The notes: a model not told the origin generated them from the sequence alone. Counted from the whole stretch's first letter, positions 1 through 12,808 are shown. The stretch: 57,498 nt of DNA, filler included, from Squatina squatina (GCA_031763465.1; 3 parts of 3 records of this genome joined end to end with filler, not necessarily neighbours in it); one strand, 5' to 3'. Numbers and translations: made by a program.

Positions 1-120
1 GGATATGGGGATCAGGCGGGAAAGTGGAGTTTAAGTCGAAGATCAGCCATGATCTTATTGAATGGCGGAGCAGAGTCGAAGGGCCGTATGGCCTACTCTT
101 GCGCTCTTGTATGTTCTTGT
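1..120 (+). mobile_element. CR1/HER1-type LINE (or partner SINE) 3' tail
   Basis: GATCAGCCATGATCTTATTGAATGGCGGAGCAG...GAAGGGCCGTATGGCCTACTC followed by a TATGTTCT-like tail. The same motif recurs at 5941, 7842, 29397, 46504 and 57181. Confidence 0.85.
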
Positions 121-428
121 ACTGCAGCAAATGTCAGTCTTTCATTCCTCGATAGGTATAGAGCAAGGACAGCAGCACACTAATCAGATACTGATAACCC
201 TGTAAAGGCTAAAGGATATTTAATACTGACTCAGGTCACATACCAAGACATTGTTTAATAAAAACAAGATTGCAATTGTTCCCCTCTGCATAATCTCCAA
301 CATTTTTTAATCTCTTGCCATTATAGTAACAGGGAAGTGGCTAATGCCACAGCAGTAAATATCGAAGAGGGGATCTCCAGATCTGTACCTTGTAGTTTAG
401 GAGGGCGTGTGTCTGTGATTTCCAGCCA

Positions 429-503
429 TGACTTATACTTCAAAAGTACATAATTGGCTGTAAAATGTTTGGGATGTCCTGAGATCATGAAAGGTGCTAA
501 ATA
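429..503 (+). mobile_element. 3' tail fragment of a DeuSINE/L2-type element
   Basis: CTTCAAAAGTACATAATTGGCTGTAAA...GGGATGTCCTGAGATCATGAAAGGTGCTA matches the 3' end of the full SINE at 32594-33047. Confidence 0.65.
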
Positions 504-1244
504 ATTTACTTAATCATTTCCTTTACCAATCTTTTTACTAACGTGGTGTCAATTTTCTTTGGTCAACTTAGTTTTTGTCTTTTTGTATTGCTCTGCAGGT
601 GCCTAAGTGACCTGTGCATTTTGTCTGGTCCTGATTGCGCTGAACAGAGATTTGCATTCCTGCATCGCCCACAACCTAAAACAAATGTTAAAAAAAAATG
701 TCGGATGGTCTTAATCCTATTTTTCACTATGCAGTAATTGGATAATTGCAGTTATGTCACACAATACAAGCATTTAAATGATGTCCTCCCAGAATTCATC
801 AATGTACGAATTAGAATATTGCTCCACTGTTCATCTTCGTAAATTTCTTTCAAATGATGAATCATTTGCTCTTGTGAAAGATCTCCCATGACACACTTTC
901 ATTGGTTCAGTATCATAACAGGCTAAAATTATTTTTTTTTGTTTTTCCCACCGGCTTTCTTGCCAGTGTAGCTAAAATTAAGGTATGCTGAGGGAAAATG
1001 TTTGCTTACCAAGACTAGAAATTGAGGTCCAGAAAAAAAAAAACAGAAATTGCTTAAAAACCTCATTAAATCTAGTGCTAAGCATTAAATGTAATTGATT
1101 TAGTGCAGTGGCAGCATCAGAAAATCATAATTTGAGAAGAATTTNNNNNNNNNNNNNNNNNNNNNNNNNNNNNNNNNNNNNNNNNNNNNNNNNNNNNNNN
1201 NNNNNNNNNNNNNNNNNNNNNNNNNNNNNNNNNNNNNNNNNNNN

Positions 1245-2032
1245 TAGTCGACTCAATCTCTCCTCATAGGGCAATCCTTTCATCCCAGGGATCAGTCTAG
1301 TGAACATTCGTTGCACTCTCTCTAAGGCAAGTATATCTTTCCTTAGGTAAGGAGACCAGAAATGTATGCAGTATGGCCTCATCAATGCCCTGTATAATTG
1401 TAGTAAGACTTCTTTATTCATATACGCTAATTGTTTTGTAACAAAAGCTAACATACCATTTGCTTTCCTAATTGTTTGCTGTACCTTTCTGTTAACTTTC
1501 TGTGATTCATGTACACGGACACCCAGGTCCCTCTGAATGCAAACATTCCCCAGTCTCTCACCATTCAAAAAATATTCTTTTTTGTTTTTCCTATCAAAGT
1601 GTATAACTTCACACTTCTCCACATTGTATTCCATTCGCCATGTTCTTGCCCACTCAGTCAAGCTGTCCCTATCTCTCCGCAGCCTCTTTGCATCCTCCTC
1701 AGAGTTTACTTTCCCACCTAACTTCGTATCATCAAACTTGGATTTGTTAGACTCAGTCCCTTTATCTAAGTTATTAATATAGATTGTAAATAGCCGAAGC
1801 CCAAGCACTGAGCCTTACGGTACCCCGCTAGTTACAGCCTGCCAACCCAAAAAGGTCCTGTTTATTCCTAATCTGTTTTCTGTCCATTAGCCAATCTTCA
1901 ATCCATGCTAACATATTACCCCCAATCCCATGAGTCCTAATTTTGTGTAATAATCTCTTGTGTGGCAGGTTATCAAATACTTTTTGAAAATCCAAATACA
2001 CTACATCCACTGGTTCCCCCTTATCTACCTTG
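1245..2032 (-). mobile_element. CR1-clade LINE ORF2 fragment (reverse transcriptase C-terminal region), frameshifted
   Basis: Translations include VDVVYLDFQKVFD, LFTIYINNLD...KFDDTKLGG, WRMEYNVEKCEVIHF, QRDLGVRVH, LQLYRALMRP and YEERLSRL. These are CR1 ORF2 motifs, split across frames. Confidence 0.93.
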
Positions 2033-5000
2033 CAATACAAGTTATATTGTAAATAGAGTAAATGTGGCTTGCCTGTGAATATGTGCTAGTCCTAATTCCT
2101 TGTAGAAAGGTGCAAGTAGCTATGCTGTTGATTCATTTCTCCCTTCCGCTGAAGTGGTGCAAGATACGATCCAATATCAAATAGATGCGTACTCTGCTAT
2201 CCACTACAGAAATGAGCTTTTAACAAGCATTGAAACTCTACCATCATTGGTTCATCTCCCCCTCCTGTTACTTGATCCTAATTGTGTAAAATTTGAAAAA
2301 AGCTATCATTCTATGTTTGACGGAGATGTAAACCACTCTACTTAGTCTGGTTGGTGTCATTTAAGGGGGACATTTGTATTCCTGTAATTGTTCTCGGGAG
2401 CTTCTTAATGTTTGAAAGGTCCCTTTCCAATTATAATTGAGCTGCAGTGGAGACCTTGAGAAAAATTGATATGAAAGACTTTCTAACTAGGTTTGATACT
2501 AATTGTCATTGTTGGACAAAATTTAAAAAACTGGTGCTAATCTTTTTTTTAAATTCAAAAATCAGAATTGGAATTTTTAGAATTTAACTTTAAACTCCCT
2601 TCATAATTCTTTTTGACTTATTAGTCCATGGGGAAAGTGCCCAATTAAATCCACAGACTCTAGTTTACACTACAGTTATGAATTTTTGCTTTAAGTTCAT
2701 TATGTACTTTGTTAGGGGGGGAAATAATTCTAGTCCCAGGTGGCCTAAAAGGAGACCCAGCCCACAAAAATTGGCACTTCCTTTCTTCACATTGTTGAAA
2801 ATATGTTGCTGAATGGTCTTAGTAAAATAACAGGGAAACTTGAGATTTGCCTTGATCAAAGGAATTTGCACTGATCATTATCAATTTGTTTCGGTTTTAC
2901 TTCCAGATGATATCGGTGTTTTGCTTTGTAAGCTTGTGTGTTTGGAAAGGTGGTAATTCTATCATTTCATATGCTTTTAAAAAAAAAACGAAAATTAAAA
3001 TTTCCAGTAGTTTTAAATGCTGCACGAGAGGGTTTTCTATTTTTACATTAATACTGTTCAGCAGTCATTCAAGAAGCGGTTATATTTTGTTTACTGCGTT
3101 CAAACTCTTCAACAATCCTTGAAACATCGGTTCTCGAATTGACAAAGAAATATACTATATAGTTGTAGAAAGAAAAAAATGCAAATAGTGCAAATCTGAT
3201 ATAAAAACTGGAAATGCATAGCTAGTCGATCATCATCTGAAAGGCAAGAATTTATTTTTCTCGTGGAGGGTGCCTTCAGTTACTTTGTAGTATGTCCTGA
3301 AATAATGGATGAAAATGAGTTTTGGGCCCATTCAATGGCAAATGAAACAATTTTTCTGATTTGATATTTTTGTTTGTCTGAGTTTGTGAACACCAGTTGC
3401 AAAATAACAGCAGACAGCCAGAAAAAGCACACNNNNNNNNNNNNNNNNNNNNNNNNNNNNNNNNNNNNNNNNNNNNNNNNNNNNNNNNNNNNNNNNNNNN
3501 NNNNNNNNNNNNNNNNNNNNNNNNNNNNNNNNATGTTTAGATTTTGACAGCCAGAAACCATTTTTCCTTTTCTATATAATTAGCTTGCTTAATGCTCTCA
3601 GCTTTGAGAACACAATTCACTATTTATTACTATGTGACACATGTTGGACACCGAATTGCCGAGTAATCCACTGCCGATAACTTTCAAGCCTTCAGTGGTG
3701 GTGTCACATTTATTAATCTTGTGTGAGCTTCATTGCACATCAAGGACATAGCGGACACTGACAGTCATTGGTAGTGGAGAAAAACTGATTTGAAAAAAAG
3801 TCCCTGGTGCAATTGAAACTCTTATAAATGATAACAGCAGGGAGTATTTCAAGGTTGTAATCTAATCTCCTGGTCCAAATGACTGTTGTAAACAGAGAAA
3901 GAAATTCCATTTATAACATTTGAACTTCTCAATTAGATTGCTGGATTGAAATCCTGCATGTGTTCCCTTTCTAATCCATTATATGCTTTCAGACACACGT
4001 AATCAACTTCCAGTTATTCCACAGTAATATTTCAAAAAAAAATATTCAATTGGCTGTCTTTCTAACTCTTCCTTTCTTGCCCCTAAACCTGTCCCGAGAA
4101 TGTTGACACCCATTGGTTTGTTGAGTAAAGGCCTATATACTCAATTACAGATTTCCACCAAATATCGTTCTAAACAAGTTGCGCTGTGTGTACAGGCAAT
4201 AGAAAAATTCGCCTAAAATAACCTGACTTGTTGAGTTTGCTGTTATGTACTTAGCAGTTTATTATCCACATTAAAAATTCAGGTTGGTGTTTTTAGAGTT
4301 TTGGTTGTTTCACAGTCCACAGTTTACATAGCCTTCTCCATCTGTGAACTTTGAACTTCTGTTTTATAAACACTTTCATTCCCCAACTTATCTTGGGTAT
4401 TGATGTACCATGCTCAGTTTTGTCCCAATCATACTTGCCTAAGCCTATGGCTGATTCCAATTCAAAATCTGTNNNNNNNNNNNNNNNNNNNNNNNNNNNN
4501 NNNNNNNNNNNNNNNNNNNNNNNNNNNNNNNNNNNNNNNNNNNNNNNNNNNNNNNNNNNNNNNNNNNNNNNNAGCTCAATGGCCTACTCATCTTCCTGTT
4601 TCTATAAGATCCAAAGACAACACAAAGCCCTCTCGACAATGAAACTTCTTGAATAAGACTACTTTTTCCAAAGTGCTTTGCGCTACTTTATGCTCTCAGA
4701 TCATCATATGCACAAATATCTGAGTAGACTGGGCAATGTAGTGATACTGAATGTTGCAACACTCCTACAAAGTCTGAAGATACCGGTTCAATATTGACTG
4801 CTCTGTTCAGTTCCCAATCTCAGCCAGACCAAATATAAACTGTAGCGTCTACCCAATGGGGAAAGATAGGCAGAAAGAATCAAATGGGGATTGTCTGGCA
4901 TAAGCAGTACACTGTAGTTGCTGTTGAGTGACCCAATTAATGGAGGCCAGGCATAGCTGTCTCTGCTTTCAGCAACAAAGGCCATGAATTCAGGTCGACT

Positions 5001-5097
5001 TTGAATACAGGATCATTTATATTGAGAAAACTAGGTGACAATCTTTTTTTTTAAAGTCAAGCAGCTTCTTAAACCTATTTTCCAATTGTTCCCACAG

Positions 5098-5159
5098 GAC
5101 AAGTCCTAATGGAGATTTCAGAAGTACACAAGAAACTCAACATAGATATGGAAGACAAT
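5098..5159 (+). CDS. BAIAP2L1: BAIAP2L1 (IRTKS) internal exon, I-BAR/IMD domain
   Basis: Acceptor ttcccacag and donor gtatgt bound a 62-nt exon reading (G)QVLMEISEVHKKLNIDMEDN. It resembles human GHVLIEISSTHKKLNESLDEN and is in phase with the next exon. Confidence 0.88.
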
Positions 5160-5634
5160 GTATGTATATATTAAACATTTTAGTTTTGCATTCATTGAAA
5201 TAGTTTAAATTTGTCTTCTAATTCAAGCTTATCCTTCAAGAATATTGTACTTTTATAAGTTGCAAGATAATACTGAGTTCCTGATCTCAGCAGCTTAGGT
5301 GGAGGAGGTTGTTTAGTGTTTGCAAGGTATTTACCAGGGATTTGAAAAAAAAAGTGTCAAATTAAGACACAAATGGATCTTTTGTCCAGTTACAAAGTGA
5401 TATTAAGAGAGCCCTGAAAATAGGATGCCCGTCTACTCTTTGAATGGAAAATTCAGAGTAGAAGGGAAATCAATTTTTGGTCAGTCATGTCTGGCACCCA
5501 TGGAAATGCAACACCTGTTTGAGTTGCCAAACCAAGCTACTGAAAAATCAGAATTGAGTAGGAGTCTGACATTGCAGGGCTTCAGGGAGGGCAAGGGTTA
5601 CCTGGACACTTTGATCCAGGAGGCAGTCACGCAA

Positions 5635-5840
5635 CAATAATAACAACTTGTATTTATATAGCGCCTTTAACATAGTAAAACATCCCAAGGCGCTTCACAA
5701 GAGTGTTAAAAGACAAAATTTTGGGCCATATAAGAAATTACAGCAGATGACCAAAAGCTTAGTCAGAGGTAGGTTTTAAGGGATGTCTTAAAGGAGCAAA
5801 GAGAGTTAGAGGTTAAGGGAGGGAGCTGCAGAAATTAGAG
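5635..5840 (-). mobile_element. L2-clade LINE 3' end
   Basis: The minus strand ends ...CTTAAAACCTACCTCTGACTAAGCTTTTGGTCATCTG...GTGAAGCGCCTTGGGATGTTTTACTATGTTAAAGGCGCTATATAAATACAAGTTGTTATTATTG, a typical L2 terminus. Confidence 0.8.
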
Positions 5841-5940
5841 NNNNNNNNNNNNNNNNNNNNNNNNNNNNNNNNNNNNNNNNNNNNNNNNNNNNNNNNNNNN
5901 NNNNNNNNNNNNNNNNNNNNNNNNNNNNNNNNNNNNNNNN

Positions 5941-6002
5941 TGGCGGAGCGGGCTCAATGGGCTGAATGGCCTACTCCTGCTCCTACTTCTTATGGTCTTA
6001 TG
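5941..6002 (+). mobile_element. CR1/HER1-type 3' tail
   Basis: TGGCGGAGCGGGCTCAATGGGCTGAATGGCCTACTCCTGCTCCTACTTCTTATGGTCTTATG. Confidence 0.85.
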
Positions 6003-6468
6003 GACTGCGCTTGCCATTGCTCCAGATGATGCACCAAAGGAGGATGGCACTATTTAATACTGGAGGTCACTTTCCAGTAACTGCACAAGTACAAGCTATA
6101 TTAAAGGCGGTCACTGACTTAAGTCCCTCTTACCAGGCTGTAAATGAGGAGGAGTTTTGTTGGATTCAGCAGGGAAGCAATAGTAAATGTGTTCCTCACT
6201 TTAGCACATATTTCTTGAGTGGCCCCTCAAACATAATACACATCTAAGCTGGTTACTTCCAGGCTTTCATGGAGGTACCATTAAAAGACAACCATTGCTT
6301 TTTTGCCCACACTTTTCTTCTTTGTGACAACGATGGATGGCACACATTTTTTTGCAGGTTGAGGTGATGATCAGAAACCAGCAGACAAGCCATCTGATTT
6401 CCAGCCAGAGATGCCCCTTTTGTTGTTGTGGTTTCTCATATAAAGCTCGCTTTTTCTTCATCTTCAAG

Positions 6469-6540
6469 TTTAGGAAATTTCACAAAGACATCATAGGTGA
6501 ATTGGAGAAAAAAACTGATCAAGATGTGAAATACATGAAT
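6469..6540 (+). CDS. BAIAP2L1: BAIAP2L1 internal exon, I-BAR/IMD domain
   Basis: Acceptor ttcatcttcaag and donor gtaggt bound a 72-nt exon reading FRKFHKDIIGELEKKTDQDVKYMN (human [24 protein letters not shown]). Confidence 0.92.
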
Positions 6541-7583
6541 GTAGGTATCTAATGTATTTATTCTACAACTTGTGCAAAGTGGTGATTAATAGCCATTTTT
6601 CCATAAAATACAGATGTAACCTCAATATTAAATAAATTCTTCAACTTTCTCAAATACTCACTCAATATGTTTTAGATGTTGTGCCACTAAAAGGGCATAT
6701 GCTTTCTTCTCCAATCCCACCCAACTATTTTTAAGTTTGAAATATTGTTGGTATGTTGATGCACTCAAGCATGCAGCCATTTTACAGAGACCCAGCAGCA
6801 GTGATTTCACTGAGCATACAATTAACTACTTCACCAAGCCAATAACTGAAGAATCTTTGGGATAATAAAAGCTCAAATATACTAAAACAGAGGACAAAGC
6901 TGTCATAATATAGCTTAACAGAGAACCTTTTATTTCCATTAGAAATAAATCCGACAAAAATTTGTTGACTTGTTCAAATGACATTGTAGGGCAAATATAA
7001 ANNNNNNNNNNNNNNNNNNNNNNNNNNNNNNNNNNNNNNNNNNNNNNNNNNNNNNNNNNNNNNNNNNNNNNNNNNNNNNNNNNNNNNNNNNNNNNNNNNN
7101 NGGAGATAATTTTATGGAAAGTCAGTGTGTTATAGAGGGCATAATTTGTGGAAGAAAGCATAAGAGCAAAACTTAAGAAATAACTTCCTTATGCTGGGTT
7201 ATGGATTTACAGTGTAGACTGCCACTTAAGGTGGCACTTTCTGACTCTCGAAATGCTCATAATCGAATTGGGTTATTTCTTTGATTCAACAGATAGTGGA
7301 TGTATATGGCAGGACAACCTCTGGGTTCTGAATCTGTACTTTCCTCATTCCTATGTTGTTGCCTTTTAAATATTATGGTAAAACTTTATATTTATAGACC
7401 AATAATTGAATTAATTGCAGCCTAAATATGATACAGAAAGCTACTTGACTTCTAACTTCCCAAATGTGACACTTAGAATTTGTATGTGCCTTATGTTGTA
7501 AATGTGGCATTCCTAGACACATTCAGGTGCAGATAATATGAATGTTGAGATCATGAAGTAATGAAAAGGATTTACCTTTCCAG

Positions 7584-7782
7584 AGGACATCAATCTATCA
7601 AGATCCATTTCTGTTGCAACTGGACTGAATATGGTCCAGAGGCCAAAGGTGAAAAGCATTTTTCCGCACACTGCAGGAAATAACAAGACTATGTTGAGCT
7701 TTGCAGAAGGTGACATGCTAACACTTCTTATACCAGAAGAAAAAGATGGCTGGCTGTATGGAGAACATGACATGACCAAACT
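7584..7782 (+). CDS. BAIAP2L1: BAIAP2L1 exon encoding the SH3 domain N-terminal part
   Basis: Acceptor cctttccag and donor gtgagt. Reads [65 protein letters not shown], the IRTKS SH3 signature. Not listed in the ORF track. Confidence 0.94.
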
Positions 7783-7841
7783 GTGAGTCCCATTTGTCTT
7801 TGAAATCATTACAAAGTAAGAAACATTGCACTTGTATCACA

Positions 7842-7965
7842 TTAAGAATAGAAGTAGGCCATTCAGCCATTCAAGCCTGCTCCACCATTCAATTAGATCA
7901 TGCCTGTATCTCAAGTCCATCTACCCATCATGGCTCCATATCCCTTGATAACTTTATCTAATGAA
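7842..7965 (-). mobile_element. CR1/HER1-type 3' tail
   Basis: GTAGGCCATTCAGCCATTCAAGCCTGCTCCACCATTCAATTAGATCATG is the reverse complement of the recurrent tail. Confidence 0.8.
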
Positions 7966-8277
7966 AAACATTAGATTAATTAATTTATTAGAACACATGT
8001 ATATAAATTGTGTTAAAGGACAAAAGTATTACAAAAAATGCAAGTAAGCTTTCAAAACTACATTAAGTTTTGTAGAATGCCATCTCGCTTCACAATAGCT
8101 TTATCTTATAAACTGATGAACNNNNNNNNNNNNNNNNNNNNNNNNNNNNNNNNNNNNNNNNNNNNNNNNNNNNNNNNNNNNNNNNNNNNNNNNNNNNNNN
8201 NNNNNNNNNNNNNNNNNNNNNCCAGTAAATATGGAAAACAGTACCTTGTAACTTTTGTTTTGTTGTCTTTGGTTTAG

Positions 8278-8455
8278 CACAGCTCCAGTGCGGAGTATCA
8301 GCATTCTAAATCTTGCAGAGAGGTCAAATGTTGTACTACCTCCTCCAGATTATGTCTCGGAGCCAGGTAAACCTCACAACAAGGAAGTATTGTTCCACTC
8401 TTTCAGCAGTGTTCCAAGCAGAGGAATTGTATCCCAACAAGACAATACAAGTTCA
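8278..8455 (+). CDS. BAIAP2L1: BAIAP2L1 post-SH3 exon (PPPDY motif)
   Basis: Acceptor ttgtctttggtttag and donor gtaagt. Reads TAPVRSISILNLAERSNVVLPPPDYVSE... (human [25 protein letters not shown]). An alternative donor gtaaac near 8370 cannot be excluded. Confidence 0.85.
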
Positions 8456-8634
8456 GTAAGTACCCATCAAAGACCAATATAAATGTCAATGATTTATTGG
8501 GGTATTCGTGTATTTAATTCTAGGACTATTGTCATTTCTTTCATGTAGTTGCAAGTCCTGTACCATTAACACAAAGCAAAACAAAGTTCTCCGCAGTGTC
8601 AGTGCTGGGGTGCAATGCCGTCAACCTCCTGCAT

Positions 8635-8726
8635 GTCAGCTATAGCTCAGTGGTAGCACTCTCGCCTCTAACTCAAGAGGATTATGGGTTCAAGTCCCAT
8701 TCCAGAGACTGGAGCGCAAAATCCAC
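8635..8726 (+). mobile_element. tRNA-derived SINE head (5' part of a SacSINE1-like DeuSINE), 3'-truncated
   Basis: A-box-like TAGCTCAGTGG and B-box-like GGGTTCAAGTCC. Colinear with the 5' end of the full SINE at 32594-33047. Confidence 0.8.
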
Positions 8727-11450
8727 ATTGACCAGAATTTCTTCCTTTCAACACTTCCCATGTTGAAGTATGGTGGCTATCAGATCAGAACAAACTGTTT
8801 GTGGGTTATTGACTTGCATTAATAAAGCATTTGAGTTGAATATGTAGTTTGCACATTAGGGATCTCCCAAAACCTTAGCACAGGACCTGGCTCTCAGCTT
8901 TCCAAATGTAAATGAAAATAAAATCAACTTCATAAGCAACTTCAGTGCACAACCAAGTACAAAGTAGGTTGTGTTCTTATGAGACAGAAGTTGTCAGGAA
9001 TTATTTTCCTTCTTTACGACATACCTGCTGATTGATGAGTGTGCCTGCCATTCTGTGAAGCAGCCAGGCAGCCAGTGTTTGTTCACTCTAATAAAAGGGA
9101 AGAATAGAGAGGTTTGGTCAATAACTCAGTGAAAGAGGCATATCTTTCACAGCTCGTGCATATCGGAACCCCAACAGCAGCACCTTTCAACCAAAAGCAG
9201 ACACATTTAAAAAAAATCTTAGGGCTTTCTCAAAGCAGACCAATAAAAATGTTACCNNNNNNNNNNNNNNNNNNNNNNNNNNNNNNNNNNNNNNNNNNNN
9301 NNNNNNNNNNNNNNNNNNNNNNNNNNNNNNNNNNNNNNNNNNNNNNNNNNNNNNNNACACTGAGTGCCCAAAATAGAAGTATTCCCAAGTGCCGACATTA
9401 TTCGCCTTGAGCACGCAAACTTCACTAAAAATATCAATTTTACTTGCTAAAAGATTTACAGCATTACTCTACATACATGAGCTATCTTTGGAAGAGGGGG
9501 CACCCCTACATTGTTTCGGGATGCACTCAAATAATAACTTAATGTAAATGCTGGGCACACAAGTCCAGAATTCAATATTTAAAAATATGAGAAACAAATG
9601 TGTATTAACTGCAACTGGTACATTAAGTGGCAGTGATCAATTAGGCTGGGAACTTGAGTCTTGATATTTGGATCAACATGCCCTTTGCCTGTAATTGTTT
9701 TATCAATCCATTAAGGATTTATTGCAATTGAAAAGAAGTGCTTGGCACAGCTGCTCGCTAGCAGCTCAGCAGAAGATTCATGTGACATGAACAGGTGACT
9801 CTGCCTGAAATGAGAACCAACTTTTTCAACATTATAAAGCTACTAGTTAATGTTTAATGTAGAAAGGCATGCAGTATGGGAATAAGGTACCCAGTTCATG
9901 ACCCCAAGCCATTAAATTCTGTAATTTCACTATTTGAAAGATGTTGCTACATTGATCACTATTCTGAGAGTTATTGCACCTTACTGGATTTTGTAAAAAC
10001 ACACAATCTATCTAGCATGCATGTTTATATAAACTTTGACCTAGNNNNNNNNNNNNNNNNNNNNNNNNNNNNNNNNNNNNNNNNNNNNNNNNNNNNNNNN
10101 NNNNNNNNNNNNNNNNNNNNNNNNNNNNNNNNNNNNNNNNNNNNACCACATGGTGCTTGTGAGTGGTTTTCTTCAATAAACGCATTCCAGTCTGTGTGGC
10201 TGGAAGCTTCAAATTACCATACGCATTGTCCATTTTGATTGACAGGAGTTTGCAGATTTTTTCACACCTGTTAGTTGCAGACTGCAACTTTTAAACTCCT
10301 GGTTGCTGTCTTCCATTTTGTGGCCCTGGCTTGCCCAACAATCTCCATTTTGTACTGAATTCTACACTGTAAATGACCTCTATAAGGAGTGCGAAAAATA
10401 GCCACTTTCCTCTACGCCACCTTTTCTAAAAGGACCTTTGGGCTCTCCTTAGTGAAGGGCCAGTGCTTGAAGCTCCTCCAGCTATCTTCTTCACCTACAA
10501 TCAGCATCCACCAAAAAAGAATAAAATTCATAAAACCCAAGCCTTCTTAGTTATTAACTCTTAGGAACTGCTGTGCCCAGGTGCTACACTCTCCCTACAC
10601 ATGTCAAAAATACACAGTGCACAAGTTATAAATGTAGCTCTTGTATCAGTCATGAAATGGAAACCAACAGATGCCATTCTAAATTAACGTTATATAAGCA
10701 ATCATGCCTTATGCACAAACTGCTGTCTCTACAGCTTATTATCCAATTAATGTCAGTTATTTATGCTATTGTTCAAATTAATCGTTCCAAAAATGTTCCT
10801 ATTTTATATAGATGATAGTGGGACAGATCTTGATGGTGAAAGAATAGTGTTCACAGATCTTGTTACTAATCTTTTAAGGGGGAAAGAAAACTTTTGTTAG
10901 GACACATTCACTGTTTGAAAATGCTGTTGCCTTCCAAAATTCTGATTCGTCATGCATTCTTATGAGCAGAAATTTATTACTTTGGTGTTTAATATTTAGC
11001 CAAAAAAAATTTAAAGAAAAACCTGTGAAATGTATTTTGTTTGCTGAAGAGGCAAGACTCCAAAGGTTGCTTGTTATAAGGATGGAGGCTATGACTGATG
11101 GTGATCATGCTGCAACAAGCCTCAAGCTCATTGGCATGTGCTTTTGAAACTAGTGATAGGCTGGTACATGTTTTGGCGTCAACAATGGAAGCCATAGATA
11201 TGTCATTCCGTTCGTGTCTCAGGGATGTATGATTTTAAAAAAAACTTTCTTTCCTACTCTTTGCTCCCTCCATAAATCTTTTTTCCCTATCATCTTTCCT
11301 CCCAAACCTTTTATTTATACCTAACTGGAGTCATTTTAAAGATGAAGAGGACTTTATCAACTCATTTTCACTCAACCTAGAATTCAGAAGATGCTCTCCC
11401 TCTTTTTTCCCCCTTCCTACTTAAATTTAAGCAATTATGAATATATATGT

Positions 11451-11716
11451 ACAAAATAAAAACAAAGTGTTGGCAGGCCCATCATCTGTACAGAGGAAAA
11501 GGTGGGTTAATGTTTTGGGCGTGGATCATTATCCATTTTGACTGAGTTTAACATTTTGGATATAGAACGCCAATCAAAACTAAAAATGGTCCACACCACA
11601 GCCAAAACATTAACCCTTTATTATACCCTTAACATTAATTCTTTTTCTCTTTACAGATGTTGATGGGCCTGCTGTGTGTTTCAACATTTTCTGTTCCATT
11701 TCTGATTTGCAGCCTT
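11451..11716. mobile_element. Inverted pair of Penelope-like terminal fragments
   Basis: The left arm GCAGGCCCATCATCTGTACAGAGGAAAAGG...GTTAATGTTTTGG is near reverse-complementary to the right arm CCAAAACATTAAC...CTTTTTCTCTTTACAGATGTTGATGGGCCTGC. The arms resemble 20885-21025. Confidence 0.65.
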
Positions 11717-12326
11717 TTCTTTCTATCTCCACTAAGTACACTGCAGTGCTTCACCTACCGTAGCCCAACCAGACTGAGTTTTTCCTAACGTCCAAAGGCT
11801 GGGTCAGATCCACTCGAGGTGCATTTTAAATGCATCAGCCAAAGCTTTATTGATCAGAAGAAAAATCAGTATACCTAAAGAGTTAGTACTGTGTATTTTT
11901 TTTTTATTAATAAAAAGTGCCATTGAGATGATCTCCATCTTTTAAAGTAATGTTTGTGTGTGCATGTGTGTTTTGTGCTTTTAATTCATACACTTGCAGC
12001 ATTTCCCAATCATGTCAGATAAAATCCAGGAACAAACTACAATTCCAATAAGAAAGTCTGACTATTGCCTGTAACCAGAAACAAAGAAACAGCACTTCAA
12101 TCCACTGCAGCACTTCAGAGATTAAGCAATTATTGTCAATNNNNNNNNNNNNNNNNNNNNNNNNNNNNNNNNNNNNNNNNNNNNNNNNNNNNNNNNNNNN
12201 NNNNNNNNNNNNNNNNNNNNNNNNNNNNNNNNNNNNNNNNTAAACATCTGCAACTAGACGTTTTTAAAAGTGTACAGTTTTTGTGTGTGTTTGGCCTCAG
12301 AGATTTGTTTGGTCTATTTTATGTAG

Positions 12327-12509
12327 CGCTGGAATCCTGTGGATGGTTTCAGTGACCGCCTGCTACCCAGTGACCGCTGGCAATGGAGTAATGTTACAGG
12401 GTTGGTGCATCAACCACTGAACGAGTTTAAACTCGCGTCACCGCACTGGGAGTGGGAATCTGACTGGTACGTGGATGAAAATATTGGAGGAGAGCCAACA
12501 GAAAAAGGG
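12327..12509 (+). CDS. TECPR1: TECPR1 exon (first Dysferlin domain)
   Basis: Acceptor ttttatgtag and donor gtaagc bound a 183-nt phase 0-0 exon: RWNPVDGFSDRLLPSDRWQWSNVTGLVHQPLNEFKLASPHWEWESDWYVDENIGGEPTEKG (human ...SPHWEWESDWYVDENFGGEPTEKG). Confidence 0.95.
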
Positions 12510-12697
12510 GTAAGCGGATACAATAAATGACTGTTTATCTTCAGCATATTGCATGCACATCGTTCAGGTAGGCAAAGATAATCAGTGCATTTAACCTGCC
12601 AATCTGATAACCCCTTTCTTGCTTGACATATAGATGCATCAAGAAAGAAAGGGGTTATCACTTCATGGTTCTTTGCAAACCAGACAGTGTCTTCATT

Positions 12698-12808
12698 GTC
12701 GTATGAGGAGGATTATTGTATAAGGAGAGATTGAGTAGACTAGGCCTGTATTCTCTAGAGTTTAGAAGAATGAGAGGCGATTTCATTGAAACAAGCAAAA
12801 TTCTTAGA
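12698..12808 (+). mobile_element. CR1 ORF2 C-terminal fragment at the scaffold end
   Basis: Reads ERLSRLGLYSLEFRRMRGDFIETSKIL. Confidence 0.85.

Noticed and set aside
1245-2032. Bacterial retron, group II intron or defence-associated reverse transcriptase
   Set aside because: The motifs are those of vertebrate CR1 LINE ORF2, the frame is broken, and it lies in a spliceosomal-intron context.
8635-8726. tRNA gene
   Set aside because: A and B boxes are present, but I see no proper acceptor stem or T-run terminator. The sequence is colinear with the SINE head at 33047.
8456-12326. BRI3 exons expected between BAIAP2L1 and TECPR1
   Set aside because: I found no BRI3-like peptide by eye. It most likely lies within the gaps, so no claim of presence or loss is made.
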